A DNA stretch of 62,948 nt, the filler included, from Basidiobolus ranarum (lineage: Eukaryota), in the NCBI GenBank assembly GCA_040143965.1. It is 50 parts of 50 records of this genome, joined end to end, with 100 filler letters (N's around TTAATTAATTAA, not from the genome) between each part and the next. Parts side by side here need not be neighbours in the genome. Positions count along the whole stretch, not along the records: positions 50,496 to 51,652 come from JASJQH010006203.1; positions 51,753 to 52,909 come from JASJQH010006204.1; positions 53,010 to 54,165 come from JASJQH010006205.1; positions 54,266 to 55,421 come from JASJQH010006206.1; positions 55,522 to 56,677 come from JASJQH010006207.1; positions 56,778 to 57,932 come from JASJQH010006208.1; positions 58,033 to 59,187 come from JASJQH010006209.1; positions 59,288 to 60,441 come from JASJQH010006210.1; 42 more parts are not named here. One strand, 5' to 3'. A program made the translations under genes and the position numbers. Positions 50,396 to 62,948 of the stretch are shown here, piece after piece (the stretch's first letter is position 1; each line of letters starts with the position of its first letter). The notes below the pieces were generated by a model. The model ran no database searches and was not told where the DNA came from. It was given only the letters and a program-made list of their open reading frames with translations.

Positions 50396-51945
50396 NNNNN
50401 NNNNNNNNNNNNNNNNNNNNNNNNNNNNNNNNNNNNNNNTTAATTAATTAANNNNNNNNNNNNNNNNNNNNNNNNNNNNNNNNNNNNNNNNNNNNAAATC
50501 ATTATGGTGTTCTGCCTGCAATTCCCTTGTTGTATTAATTGTATCTCAATATTCTATGGAGGGTTGTTCAATAGTGGGCAAAGTAGCCATTTTGAAATTT
50601 GATGGTCTTGATGGTGTTTTAGTTGAACTTTGCTCAATTACTGATATACTACATAATTGGGGGATTATACTCTCTTCACTTGCACTATTGCTCAAAAGGA
50701 AAACTTCTGGTAAATTGATTAATGCTTCATCATTACTGCAGTTAGTTTCCGGCATGTTAATGCCTTCCAAAGTGGATAGTGGATTGCTAGACTGCTCATC
50801 AATTAAATACTCTGTACTTGATGGGATTTTTTTCTTTCTGTATCAGCAGGCTTTGGTTTGGAAGCCAATTTTGACTAGATCTTGTATGCTTTTTGAATGG
50901 CATTGAAGTTTTCTAATAGTAAGCTTGGTGTAATGAAATTGCTTAAAAACAGCTTATAATAAACCAAAATTACAATCCACTACTGGAAATATTTTGGAAA
51001 TCCTGTGATCACTCATCTGTGACACCATCTTATAATCAGCTGATGATATTGATGGTCTATACCTAAAATACCACCCTTATGTGGAAGGTGTTCTTTTTTC
51101 TACAATATCCTTCTCATGCTGCAAAACAAACATTTAAAGAAGCCCTGCTATTATTGTCACCAATTCTTGTGCTATGAAAGCCAGAGGCTTCACAGAAAAA
51201 ATAATCACAAGCATGGTCACTATACAAAGCCACCAGCTGCACAAAGCCTGGTATACAACAATTGTAATAAGTACTCTAAATCAACTTTACCTAACAGAAA
51301 TTTGAGGATTGTTATTTTAGGAAAACCATCACAATTTTAATCCATTTGGGATTGACCGTTTACTTACTATCATAAAATTGTCAAGTTAGATTTGCTTTTA
51401 ATCAATTTTTTCAGTTTCAGGAGTGAAATTGCCAGATCTCACAAAATATTTGTGCATGATTGGCTACAATCTCAAAGAACTATGGATCAACACATGTGCA
51501 AAAAATGTAACTCAAATTTTACCCAATTACCACTTGAACAATAATTTGTCACCTTCAAAATCCCTAGTCTCTTTGATATATTCTCCCAAATATTTTTATA
51601 GAGTTCTTCATACCCAAGGTTTAGCTCATACCCAACATGCATTTATGTCAATNNNNNNNNNNNNNNNNNNNNNNNNNNNNNNNNNNNNNNNNNNNNTTAA
51701 TTAATTAANNNNNNNNNNNNNNNNNNNNNNNNNNNNNNNNNNNNNNNNNNNNAGCAGTGTTACCAAAACTTTGAGGCAAACAACAGTCAGTGGACTCAAT
51801 AGGCAAAACTAAAGTCGATTTAGTGCACTTATTACTGTTGTTATACACCAGGCTTTGTGCAGCTGGTGGCTTTGTACAGTGACCATGCTTGTGATTATTT
51901 TTTCTATGAAGCCTCCGGCTTTAATAGCACAAGAATTTGCAAAAA

Positions 51946-52270
51946 TAAGTCATGAAATATTACTAGGATGGATGAGCTACAGGATCAATTTGTTGCAGCC
52001 AAAATGTTTAGCAAAATTGAATTTATGGCAGGCTACTTTCAGATCCAAATGAAACCAGAAAATATATACAAAACTGCCTTTAGGTCAAGATATGGACACT
52101 ATGAGTAACTTATCGTGTTTTTTGTACTTACCAATGCACCAGTTGCCTTTGTGACATCAATGCTGAATGTGGTTTCAAAGACTTAGAGCTGCTGCTAACT
52201 ATATGCTGGGATGACATCCTAATTTAGAGCAAGAATCAAGGAGAAGATGTAAAACATGTGAGAGGCTTAG
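51946..52270 (+). pseudogene. Ty3/gypsy RT fragment
   Basis: FSKI...GYFQI...KTAFRSRYGHYE. Confidence 0.8.
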
Positions 52271-53009
52271 ATAATCACAGATCAATCTGTTGTAATTAGG
52301 TACCCAGCCACTCATTATTTGGTAATTAGCTTATTCATATACTGCATAAATAGCACTCAATTATGCCATTCAAAAATGTGTGCTTATTGCTCTAATTGTT
52401 AAAAATATCAATTAGTTTAATTTTGCCAACTTTTGCTATTTTCTCAAAACTTCTCCTAATTACCTCAAATTTTCACCCACACTTTACATGTTGAAATTAG
52501 GTAAATAGCAGCTCATTACTTAGTGGTTAGTTTATTCATATTCTGATTATCTAGTGCTCAATTCTGTCATTGAAGAATGTGGGTTTATTGCTCTAATTGA
52601 TAGAAATATCAGACTAGTTCCATCAGACCAGGTCAGATCATGTCACTCAATCCAGCCTGCTAGTACACCATCTGGTGCAATCTGTCAATTACCATGGCTA
52701 GGTCCTATAACACTCAATCGGACACTACATGGAACAATATGGCACTATCCCACCACAATTGGACACAATGATTTTTTTGGAGATATCGTGCCAGCCCATA
52801 CCAAGTTACCCGATTTAGTATTGCCAAATTACAATTTTGGGTAACTGACAAAGTAAGTTCATCCCCTAGTTTGTAACTTACAAATTACTGAATGTGTAAC
52901 AATAAACAANNNNNNNNNNNNNNNNNNNNNNNNNNNNNNNNNNNNNNNNNNNNTTAATTAATTAANNNNNNNNNNNNNNNNNNNNNNNNNNNNNNNNNNN
53001 NNNNNNNNN

Positions 53010-54055
53010 CTCCTTCAGTACTTCTTTAGCTGCTTTTCTTTCTTTTCCAAGTCAATAATTGCGTACATTTTTGAGATGTTTCATGAATAGGCCTATACTA
53101 GCCCAATTGCCATTTGCTTGCAAAAACCCAGGATAAGCCACATGAAATAAGTCAAGAACCTTCAGAGTAATGCCTGGTTTTTGGTTTTTCCACAATTGAC
53201 TCAAATCCAGGTGATTTTGGGCAAGATTCCGCACAGTTTCCAAAATGTTAAACCACTCATCATCAGAGCAAGTGACGGCAGCTCTGACATTCAGAGTCTT
53301 TTGGTTTGCCGGTTTTCCTATGAGATTTCTACTTTCATGTGCCCAAGCAATTTCGGGTCGTTGTGTAGGCTTAATGGTCCGACACATATTCTGCTCTGCT
53401 AGATTGTCATGGTGACATTCATATGTATGGTGTGGGATTGACTGAAATCCCGTATGAGAATGGATGGAGGGAGCAGTATGTTGCTGTAGCTCAAGAACCA
53501 CATTCTGAAGGTCTTGTATCATTGTTAAGTGACTCTCTAACTGTTGACTAGTTGCTTCCAAATGCTGCATTAACTGCAATATTGTGGCATTATTGCTTGT
53601 CATGGCCTGTATAGCAACTTCATATTTTTTACTTATGATTGCATACAAATTATTATGGTGTTCTGCCTGCAATTCCCTTATTGTAATAATTCTATCCAAA
53701 TTTTCTATGGAGGGTTGTTCAATAGTCGGCAAAGTGGCCATGTTGGAAGTTGATGGCCTTGACAGTGTTTTGGTTGAATTTTGCTCAACTATTGATTTAC
53801 TATGTAATTGGGGAATGGCAATCTCTTCACTTGCACTATTGCTGGAAAGGAACACATGTGGTAAATTGATTAATGCTTCATCATTACTTGAGTTAGTTTC
53901 CAGCATATGAATGCCTTCCAAAGTGGGTAGTGGATTGCTAGACTACTCATCAATTAAGTCCTCTGTTGTTGCTGGTTTTTTTCCTTTTATGCCAGCAGGC
54001 TTTGGCTTTGAAGCCAATTTTGACATAGATTTTGAATGCTTTTTGAATGGCATTG
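53010..54055 (-). pseudogene. CACTA accessory ORF2, best-preserved copy (289-aa open stretch)
   Basis: Coiled coil followed by a Trp-rich helical domain (EWFNIL...LWKNQ...YPGF...NWASIGLFMKHLKN). Confidence 0.75.
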
Positions 54056-54265
54056 AAATTTTCAGATTTTAAAGTTGGTGTCATGAAATTACTTAGAAAC
54101 TGTCACAATAAGGAACTGGACAAGGACTGGAAGCAACGACAAGAGGCTAGAAGGCAGGAGAGTACNNNNNNNNNNNNNNNNNNNNNNNNNNNNNNNNNNN
54201 NNNNNNNNNTTAATTAATTAANNNNNNNNNNNNNNNNNNNNNNNNNNNNNNNNNNNNNNNNNNNN

Positions 54266-54875
54266 TTCTGTGGGAGTTATGTGCCAATAACCTGAAAAAT
54301 ATGGATTTGATCACATCATAGCAGTTAAGTGGATTTTCCAATATTTGAAAGGTACTGTGGATCTATGTTTAAAATAGACATATTCTGGATCAAACATTGA
54401 TCCAATGGGATATTCAGATGCAAATTGGGGAATAGATATTGAAGACAGGAGATCTACAACAGGATACTTATTTCTTTGCTGCAATGGAGCAATTTCTTGG
54501 AATTCAAAGCAACAACCTACCATAGCACTTTCAACAACAGAAGCTGAATATATGGCTGCCTGTGAGGCAACAAAAGAAGCAATATAGTTAAGAAAACTCT
54601 TAACAGATTTGGGTTATTCTCAAAATTCACCAACTACAATATTTCAAGATAATCAAAGTTGTATCAAATTAGCTGATTATTGCACGTTTCATAATAGAAG
54701 CAAACATATAGATATTAAGCATTGCTTCATCAGGGAGACTATAGAGAATAAGTTTATTGACTTAACTTATTGTTCAACAGAAGACATGATTGCTGATATA
54801 TTAACCAAACCATTAGCTAGACAGAAATTTGAGAAATTCAGACCTTTATTAGGATTAGTTTGTATGATTATTTAG
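54266..54875 (+). pseudogene. Copia RNase H
   Basis: GYSDANWG...RRSTTGY...ISWNSKQQ..IALSTTEAEY...SKHIDIK. Confidence 0.95.
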
Positions 54876-54886
54876 TTGAGGAAGAG

Positions 54887-55232
54887 TGTTGAAATTAGCT
54901 TTGCCTAAGCACCTATATAGTCATATACAGCTTAGTACTTAGTTATCTTATAACTCACTAAGATATTATCCTTTATTCTCAATGGGAATTTATTTAGAAT
55001 ATTTTACCAACTTAGAAGTTCTCAGATATATTGATTTTTCAAACTTGTGCTAGAAGCCCCAAACTTTGCACACATGCTCCTGATACCTTCATCAGCATAT
55101 TCTATATGCTAGTATGTCTACATCTTGACAAAACTATATATGTTAACTTTCTACTCAATAAATAAGTAAGTGAAAACCACCAATTCCTCCAATTCTCCAA
55201 ACCACTTCCAACAGGCCCCAAATACTTTAACA
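54887..55232 (+). repeat. Copia LTR-A, complete 3' LTR (346 bp)
   Basis: PPT GTTGAGGAAGAG followed by TG...CA. Confidence 0.92.
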
Positions 55233-55521
55233 CTAGAAACTTTTGCTTCTATTGTAAAGTTTGATTCAATTAGATTGATTCTAGCAATTTCAGCTGAATG
55301 TCAGTTAACTATACATGAAATGGAAGTTCAAGCTGCTTTTATGAATGGTGAGCATGATGAAGAGATCTATATGGACCAGCCAGATGGATTTGTGGACCCA
55401 GAAAGCCCTAAGAAAATTAGTNNNNNNNNNNNNNNNNNNNNNNNNNNNNNNNNNNNNNNNNNNNNTTAATTAATTAANNNNNNNNNNNNNNNNNNNNNNN
55501 NNNNNNNNNNNNNNNNNNNNN

Positions 55522-56677
55522 GGTCCAGATGGGGGAATATTTTATTAGAGTTAATATAATTGTATGTATTGGTGACACTTCTGCCATCAGTAAACTTGGA
55601 GGTTTTTGCAGGTACAATGCACTATCTTGCTGTAGATTTTTTCAAATCAATGGAGTTTACTGTATTGGGCATATGCTTTACTACTATCCAAATACAAAAG
55701 TAAACTCTGTGATTTTGCTGTCAAGATCCTAGTCAGATTTCACCATGATCATGGCTATCAATTCACCAAGTAGTCAGTCCAACATCAAAATTGGTATTAG
55801 CAGTAAGTCTAAGATTATATTGCTAAAGAGGATCAGCTGGAGCCAGATCTTCCCATCAGGCACTATCCACTAACTATTCAATAACATTCAGCTATATAGT
55901 GGGAAAGTCAATATGAATGAGCCATTTGAGATCGGATCAAAGTTTGAATAGATTGCGAAAGTGATTGAAAATGTCAGGATACCATCATATTTTACTAGGA
56001 CTCCCGTCAATGTCCACTCATCTAGGCATTTATTCAAATGGAAAGACTGGAGGTATTGAATTTGTATATATTTGGGTGGAATTTTGAAAAGATTTCTGCC
56101 TGAGAAATATTGGTAACATTGGAAGTTGTTTGTCAATATTATTAATATATTCTTATGGCATCAACTCATATTGGCAGATCTCAAGCAGATACTGCAACTA
56201 TGCAAAGATTTTGTATTTGGATATGAAAACTTTATTACAGGTTTAAAGAAGATGGATTGAATCTATGGCAGTATTCAATACATTCTTTGTTGCATCTCTT
56301 GCAATGCTTAGAGATTATAGGCCCTTGCTTTACATTCTGGGAGCTCCCAACGGAGCACACCTGTGGTGAAATGATGCTCTGTGCAAAATTCTTAGTATTA
56401 CTGTATGCTAATCTGATTAACAATATATCAGCAAAATCAGTGATGGATGTAATGCAATGCACTAAGGAGACTTCAGAGAATATTACCTTTCCAACAAAGG
56501 GTGCTTTTCAATGTGCTCATGGGTACTCTAATTGTTTGAGCACTAAAAAGTAACAAACAGCAATCCATTGACACAAAGTAAGTTCCTCTATAATTTGGAC
56601 TAATTTGTTTGTGTAATATTCTGACAGTATTTCTAGGAATGCTGCCAGATAGGGACACGGGTTAGTCGATCCTAAGA
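55522..56677 (+). pseudogene. CACTA transposase central/C-terminal region (Tnp2 end plus DUF4218-like)
   Basis: IIVCIGDTSA..KL.GF...NALSCCRF; SIHSLLHL..CLEIIGPCFTFWE.P.E. Confidence 0.85.
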
Positions 56678-56777
56678 NNNNNNNNNNNNNNNNNNNNNNN
56701 NNNNNNNNNNNNNNNNNNNNNTTAATTAATTAANNNNNNNNNNNNNNNNNNNNNNNNNNNNNNNNNNNNNNNNNNNN

Positions 56778-57667
56778 AATATAGATCATTCAATAGCCCA
56801 CAAGGGGCTCTCTGTGCTGCTTAACATCTAGGCAACCTTGCCATAGCTCGACATCTCGTGGAATTAGAGAATTTAGTCCCAAAACCTTCTTGTTTTTTAT
56901 TAAATATCTCAAATTTTCAGCTCCTAGATGAATCAATCTCTTATGCCTGATTTTCCAGTCTGTCTCTTCAGTGGAGGCAGTATTAACATGTTCGAATATT
57001 GGTTGAACATAATGAAGTTTATACAAGTTATTTTGCTTAGCTCCAGAAGCTACATAATCCTCTTTTTGAACTCTGATTATACAGGAATTTTGATCAAAAT
57101 TAAAGCTATATCCCTCAGAGTAGCTTTACTCATTGTTAACAAGTTTTTTGCTATCCCAGTCACATAGAGCACATTTTTTAGTGTCAAATACATGTCCCCA
57201 GAGATTTCCCAAGATCCAACTCAATTTCTCCCACTTCCAGAGCTTTGTGTGGCTAGTCATTGCCTATATAAATCTTCTTGTTTATGTCAGTTTTGAGTAT
57301 CTTAAAACAATTTTTTGATTAGAGAAATATTGAGAGGCTCCAGAATTAATAATCCACAACCTACAGTTTTGTTCATAGGTCATTGATAGAGCAGAAATGA
57401 TTAAAACTTCCTCTTTGGTTGAAACCTGAGTTGCTTGATGTGACTTCTCATTTATGTTGATATTTCTTGATTTGCAATCATTTAGCTGGAGTCCTGGTTT
57501 GTTACAACCATGGCATAAACCTGGTTTCCTTCTTTTGTAACCTTTGTGCTTGCCAAAGTTACATTTTCAAGCTCCAAAAAGAGCTACTTCCTGAGAACCT
57601 TTTTCCAAATTCTACTTCTGAGGTGTTGATCCATTAGCCTTGCCTCCACAAACTCTAAAGATAACTT
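56778..57667 (-). pseudogene. Copia gag end, protease and GAG-pre-integrase
   Basis: WIINSGASQY, W...HKRL.HLG. Confidence 0.85.
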
Positions 57668-58032
57668 GTTAGATCTTGCTTCCAAAGCTGTGACCAAGTT
57701 TGAATACTGTTCTGATAGACTACTTTGTAAAGTCCCCTAACAGAAATTTGAGCATTGTTAATGTAGGAAAACCGTCACAATTTTAATCCATTTGGGGTTT
57801 ATCATTTACTTATTGTCATATAATTGTCAAGTTAGATTTGATTTTAATCAATTTTTTCAGTTTCAGGAGTGAAATTTCAAGATCTCACAAAATAGTTGCA
57901 AATGATTGGCTAAAATCTCAGAGAACTATGGANNNNNNNNNNNNNNNNNNNNNNNNNNNNNNNNNNNNNNNNNNNNTTAATTAATTAANNNNNNNNNNNN
58001 NNNNNNNNNNNNNNNNNNNNNNNNNNNNNNNN

Positions 58033-59187
58033 AGTAAATGGATATAAAAACAGCCTTTCTGAATGGAAATCTAGAACAAGAGAGCTATATACCGCTACCA
58101 GATGGATTTGTTGACCCAAAACATCCTGATATGGTCTGTAAACAGCAAAAAGTACTATATGGACTCAAGCAAGCATACAGGGCATGGTACAATAAGATAG
58201 ATACCTATTTTGAATCACTAGAATTCAAAAAATGCACAGTAGACCACAGTATTTACATCAAAGCAACTGGAAATAGGCTGCTTATCTTGGCACTATATAT
58301 GGATGACTTCATCATAGCCACAATTGATCTAGAAGAACTTAATCAGACAAAAAGCAGCCTATCGAACCATTTTCAAATGACTGATATGGGTAAATTGAGT
58401 TATTTTCTTGGAGGCCAAAGCAAGAGAGATAAACCTGATCCAAAAATCATACTGAGTCAGTCTATATACATTCTAGACATCCTAACAAGTTTAAACATCA
58501 AGAATTGCAAGCCTGTAACAACACCAATGGATCCCAATGTGAAACTGATTAAAATATCATCCAATTTGGCTCAAAAAAGACACAATTAAAGCCTGGGGTT
58601 CCCTTATCAATCCATGGTGGGTAGTTTAATGTAGACAATGGTTGGAATATAACCAGACATTGCTGTGGTAGTGGGAACTGTCAGCCAATATCTCAATAAT
58701 CCAGGATCTGAGCACAAAACTGCAGTAAATGAATATTCAGGTATTTGAGAGGAACTGTAGATCTAGTTCTAGAAGATGCTGCCACTCCTGATGCACAAAA
58801 TTTTGAAGGCTACAGCAATGCCAACTGGGGAAGAAGTCTTGATGAAGAAGATCAACAACTGAGTACACTTTTCTCAATGGGAATGGAGCCATAACTTGGA
58901 GTAGTAAAAAGCAACCAATGGTAGCAGTTTCCACTACAGAAGCAGAGTATAAGGCTGCCTCTGCTACTACACAAGAGGCTATGTGCTCAAGGAAGTTATT
59001 TACAGACTTTGAATACAGGCAAAAACGCACTATTACTGTATTTGAAGATAATCAAAGTTGTATTTCATTAGCTAAAAACCCTACATTTCATGCTAGAACA
59101 AAACATATAGATATTAGGCATTGTTTTGTTAGAGAAGTAATAGAGAATGATAAAATTGCACTTGTCTATTGCCCAACTGAAGAAATG
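58033..59187 (+). pseudogene. Copia RT and RNase H
   Basis: MDIKTAFLNG, LYGLKQA.RAW, YMDD, STTEAEY, RTKHIDIRH. Confidence 0.95.
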
Positions 59188-59605
59188 NNNNNNNNNNNNN
59201 NNNNNNNNNNNNNNNNNNNNNNNNNNNNNNNTTAATTAATTAANNNNNNNNNNNNNNNNNNNNNNNNNNNNNNNNNNNNNNNNNNNNACATAATACTTAC
59301 TATGTTGGGAGGGGGAAGTTTCAAAAATCACAAGTTTCTCTAGGAATGATAAGCACAATGCCATGTCCAACTTTCTGTTCAAGAAATGATTGGCACCTTG
59401 ACAAAAGAATATGCTAGAATCAATGTCCTTTGATTTTGATCAAGTACTGAAGCTTCTTTGATCAAAGATAACTGTAAACTCAACCAGTAGTGTCTTGACA
59501 AGGATGCACTTAGAGCAATTATCCAAAGGTGGAAGGTACCTTTGCCTTAGCTGGGAAGCTTTGAAAAGATGGGGAATAAGAGGGAAGCCAACCTTGAGGG
59601 GTTTC

Positions 59606-59983
59606 TGTTGAAGTTTATTGTCTTTATCATATCTGTTATCTCTATCTTTATACACCTACGTATTTCATATATTGCATAAAAGTTAGTTAACATTACTTAG
59701 TCAAATATGAATTAGCTGAAAATTGGAACATATATTATATATATATGTGAATAATGTGAGAATTAGCAATTCCATATTGGAAATTTCAAACTCATCCAAA
59801 TTGCCCCAAAGATAGCTGATTTTACTCCCACAGATGTTCTGAACACAGCCCCAGTGTTAGTTTTCTGTATTTCCACCAAAATATATAAATGCTTCATTTC
59901 TGGACAATAGACAATTATCTCACAAAGCTATTCACAACTGTATTTTTCTAAAGTTCCTCCAAACAGCCCATATTTTCCCAGTA
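59606..59983 (+). repeat. Copia LTR-B complete 5' LTR, PBS 59984-59995, gag from 60016
   Basis: TGTTGAAG start; ends CCCAGTA directly before GGTTATGAGCCC. Confidence 0.9.
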
Positions 59984-61795
59984 GGTTATGAGCCCTATGT
60001 TCTAACATTTACAGCATGACAGAAACTACTACTACCACTTTTATTAACTCAAGTATTGAAAATCTTGATGGAGAAAATTACAATTTCTGGAAGTTGAAGA
60101 CGCAAATCATGCTGGAAGAGAGGGAGCTTTGGGATGTAGTCTCTGGAGAAGAAAACAAACCTTTGGACCCTTCCTTATTGGAAGCCTACAAGAAAAGAGA
60201 CAAGAAGGCCTTTAATGTCATTTGTCAAAGTTTGAAGGATTCACAACTTGTGAATATTTGATATGCAGACTTTCCATCAAGCTTGGACTATATTGGAAGA
60301 GTGTTATAAAGCAAAGAGTCTTGCTAATAGACTCTTTCTCAGACAAACCTTCTTCAATATCAAGATGGAAAAGTCTGAAAGCATGGTTACTCATATTGCA
60401 AATGTGAGATCTTTTGCAAACAACTGCAAAATATTGGTGCANNNNNNNNNNNNNNNNNNNNNNNNNNNNNNNNNNNNNNNNNNNNTTAATTAATTAANNN
60501 NNNNNNNNNNNNNNNNNNNNNNNNNNNNNNNNNNNNNNNNNGCTTTTTGCTTGCCTTTACCTTTAGGACTAATTTCAACACTTTGAAAAGTACCAGTTGA
60601 GGTTGGAAAGCTGTGAGTTTTATTTCCTGGTGTTTTGGCTTGGTGAGAGGTGCCAGGTGTTGAATAAACTTCTGAATTTAGTGCTCTTCCAACTGGTGTA
60701 CCCAGTTCCATGATGAAGTTAAGCTTCTTTGCCAGCATTTCTGACTCTGGAATTGCAGATCTCTTGATAGTGTGAAGAATTTGGTTAGTCGGACAGCAGA
60801 GCCTAAGCTCACTGGCTCCTTTGCTATTTCCTTGGGTTCACTAACTTCCTGCTCCTTCAGTACTTCATTAGCTGCTTTTATTTCTTTTCCAAGTCAATCA
60901 TTGTTTACATTTTGGAGATGTTTCATGATTAGGCCTATATTAGCCCAATTGTCATTTGCTTGCAAGAACCCAAGATAAGCCACATGAAATTTATCAAGAA
61001 CCTTCAGAGTAACTCCTGGTTTTTGGTTTTTCCACAATTGACTCAAATCCAGGTGATTTTGGGCAAGATTCCGCACAGTTTCTGAAATGTTAAACCACTC
61101 ATCATCAGTGCAAGTGATGGTAGCTCTGACATTCAGAGTCTTTTAGTTTGCCAGTTTTCCTACGAGATATCTACTTTCATGTGCCGAAGTAATTTCAGGT
61201 TGTTGTGTAGGCTTAATGGTCCAACACATATTCTCCTCTGCTAGATTGTCATGGTGACATTCATACATATGGTGTGAGATTGACTGAAATCCCATATGAG
61301 AATGGATCAAGGGAGCAGCATGTTGCTGTAGCTCCAGTACAGCATTCTGAAGATCTTGTATCATTGTTAAGTGACTCTCTAACTGTTGACTAGTCACTTC
61401 CAAATGCTGCATTTTTTGCAATATTGCAGCATTATTGCATGTCATGGCCTGTGTAGCAACTTCATAGTTTTTACTTATGGTTGCATACAAATCATTACAG
61501 TGTTCTGCTTGCAATTCCCTTATTGTAATAATTATATCCAAATTTTCTACAGAGGGTTGTTCAATAGTGGGCAAAGTAGCCATTTTGGAAGTTGACTGTC
61601 TTGACGGTATTTTGGTTGAACTTTGCTCAACTATGGATTTACTATGTAATTGGGGGATTACAATCTCTTCACTTGCACTATTGCTGTAAAGGAACNNNNN
61701 NNNNNNNNNNNNNNNNNNNNNNNNNNNNNNNNNNNNNNNTTAATTAATTAANNNNNNNNNNNNNNNNNNNNNNNNNNNNNNNNNNNNNNNNNNNN

Positions 61796-62797
61796 CCATT
61801 TTGGTGGGGGGGATTAGTTTGAACTCCAGAAATTAGGCAATTATTGATAATTTTGCTGAAATAATCAAGTACAATATGGCCAAATCTCTTATGCCATAAT
61901 TCAATAGTTTCTTGATTGAAATAACTTATGTTTACACATAAACCTCTTGGATTATATATAAGTTTGTATAAGTTCTGTTCCTTTTCTCCCAAAGCTAAAT
62001 AATTTCTATTTTGATCAGTGATGGTACATCCTGACTTATCAAAATTGAATTTTAGCCTTTCTGAGGTGGCCTTGCATGCAGATATTACATTCTTGGCAAT
62101 ATCTGGAACATGTAGTACATCCTGAAAAGTATACACTCTCTCTTCAAAAGCTCCAGTTAAATTGTCTTGAATTGTTGCTATTCCAATAGCATCCAATGTG
62201 GGGTCATCTTCCACAAAAACCTTTCTAATTGGGATTTCTTCATATTCCATAAACCAATGTTTTTCATTTGTGAAATGTTGATAGGCTCCATAATCAATAT
62301 ATCACATCTGAGAATCCTGTTAATAGTCATATATAGATTAGATATGAACAAGAGATCTTCTATTGTAATCACATATCCAGATTCAGTCCATTTTTCTTCT
62401 TTTGCAAACCTTTTAAAGCAATCTTTGCATAATTGGCCAGTTCTTCTACAGTAATCACAGAATGTGTTACTTTTCTTCCTAAAGTGCTTTTAACCTGTTT
62501 AGGAAGGCTTCCCATAGCTTATTAAAGCATTATCTTCATTCTTTTGGTTGGATCCTGATTTGCACAAATCTTCATCCAGAAGTCTGCCAAATATATAATT
62601 TAAGGTCAAATTTTCAGTTCTTGATTCTGGAGCCATTACTAGGCTCTGAAACTCATGTGACAGGCTATTCAGGACTGTAACAATGATATCTTGATCAGTA
62701 GTAGGTACTCCAATGCATTTCATTTCATCCACTAAAATAGTGACTCTATTAATTAGTGATTTGATGTCCTCTCCTGGCTTCATGTTTAAGTTAAAGA
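61796..62797 (-). pseudogene. Copia gag, protease and GAG-pre-integrase
   Basis: CDYCRRTG...KDC knuckle; DVLHVPDIAKNVIS; LWHKRFGH. Confidence 0.9.
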
Positions 62798-62948
62798 TGT
62801 TGAAATTAGCATTGCCTAAACACCTATATAGTCATATATAGCTTAGTACTTAGTTATCTTATAATTCACTAAGATATTATTAATTATTCTCAATCAGAAT
62901 TTACTTGGAATATTTTTACGATCTTAGAAGTTCTCAGATATATAGATT

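Overview
This is not contiguous genomic sequence. It is 50 short contigs (1167 bp falling to 1153 bp, sorted by length) joined by 49 artificial 100-bp spacers (44 N + TTAATTAATTAA + 44 N). The content is eukaryotic and fungal-like: GT-AG intron, class-3 lipase, GFA1 fragment, secreted proteins with TATA boxes. A large, TE-bloated early-diverging fungus such as an entomophthoralean is my inference, not something the sequence establishes. Most contigs are nested, CpG-depleted, decayed transposons. (i) A CCC-terminated CACTA/EnSpm-type family has a Tnp2/DUF4218-like transposase head-to-head with an accessory ORF. (ii) Several Ty1/copia families have a half-tRNA-iMet PBS (GGTTATGAGCCC). (iii) Ty3/gypsy elements include one whose PBS matches its own LTR just downstream of the TATA box, suggesting Tf1-like self-priming. 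(iv) A MITE/TIR family has (A/G)GACTTGTTC ends and 3-bp TSDs, mostly AWT. The few CpG-retaining contigs hold host genes. The most striking is a complete secreted Gly/Asp/Tyr-rich protein built of (G)K[KR]-YGGG...DYDDDEYD repeats, resembling a Kex2-processed or neuropeptide-like precursor.
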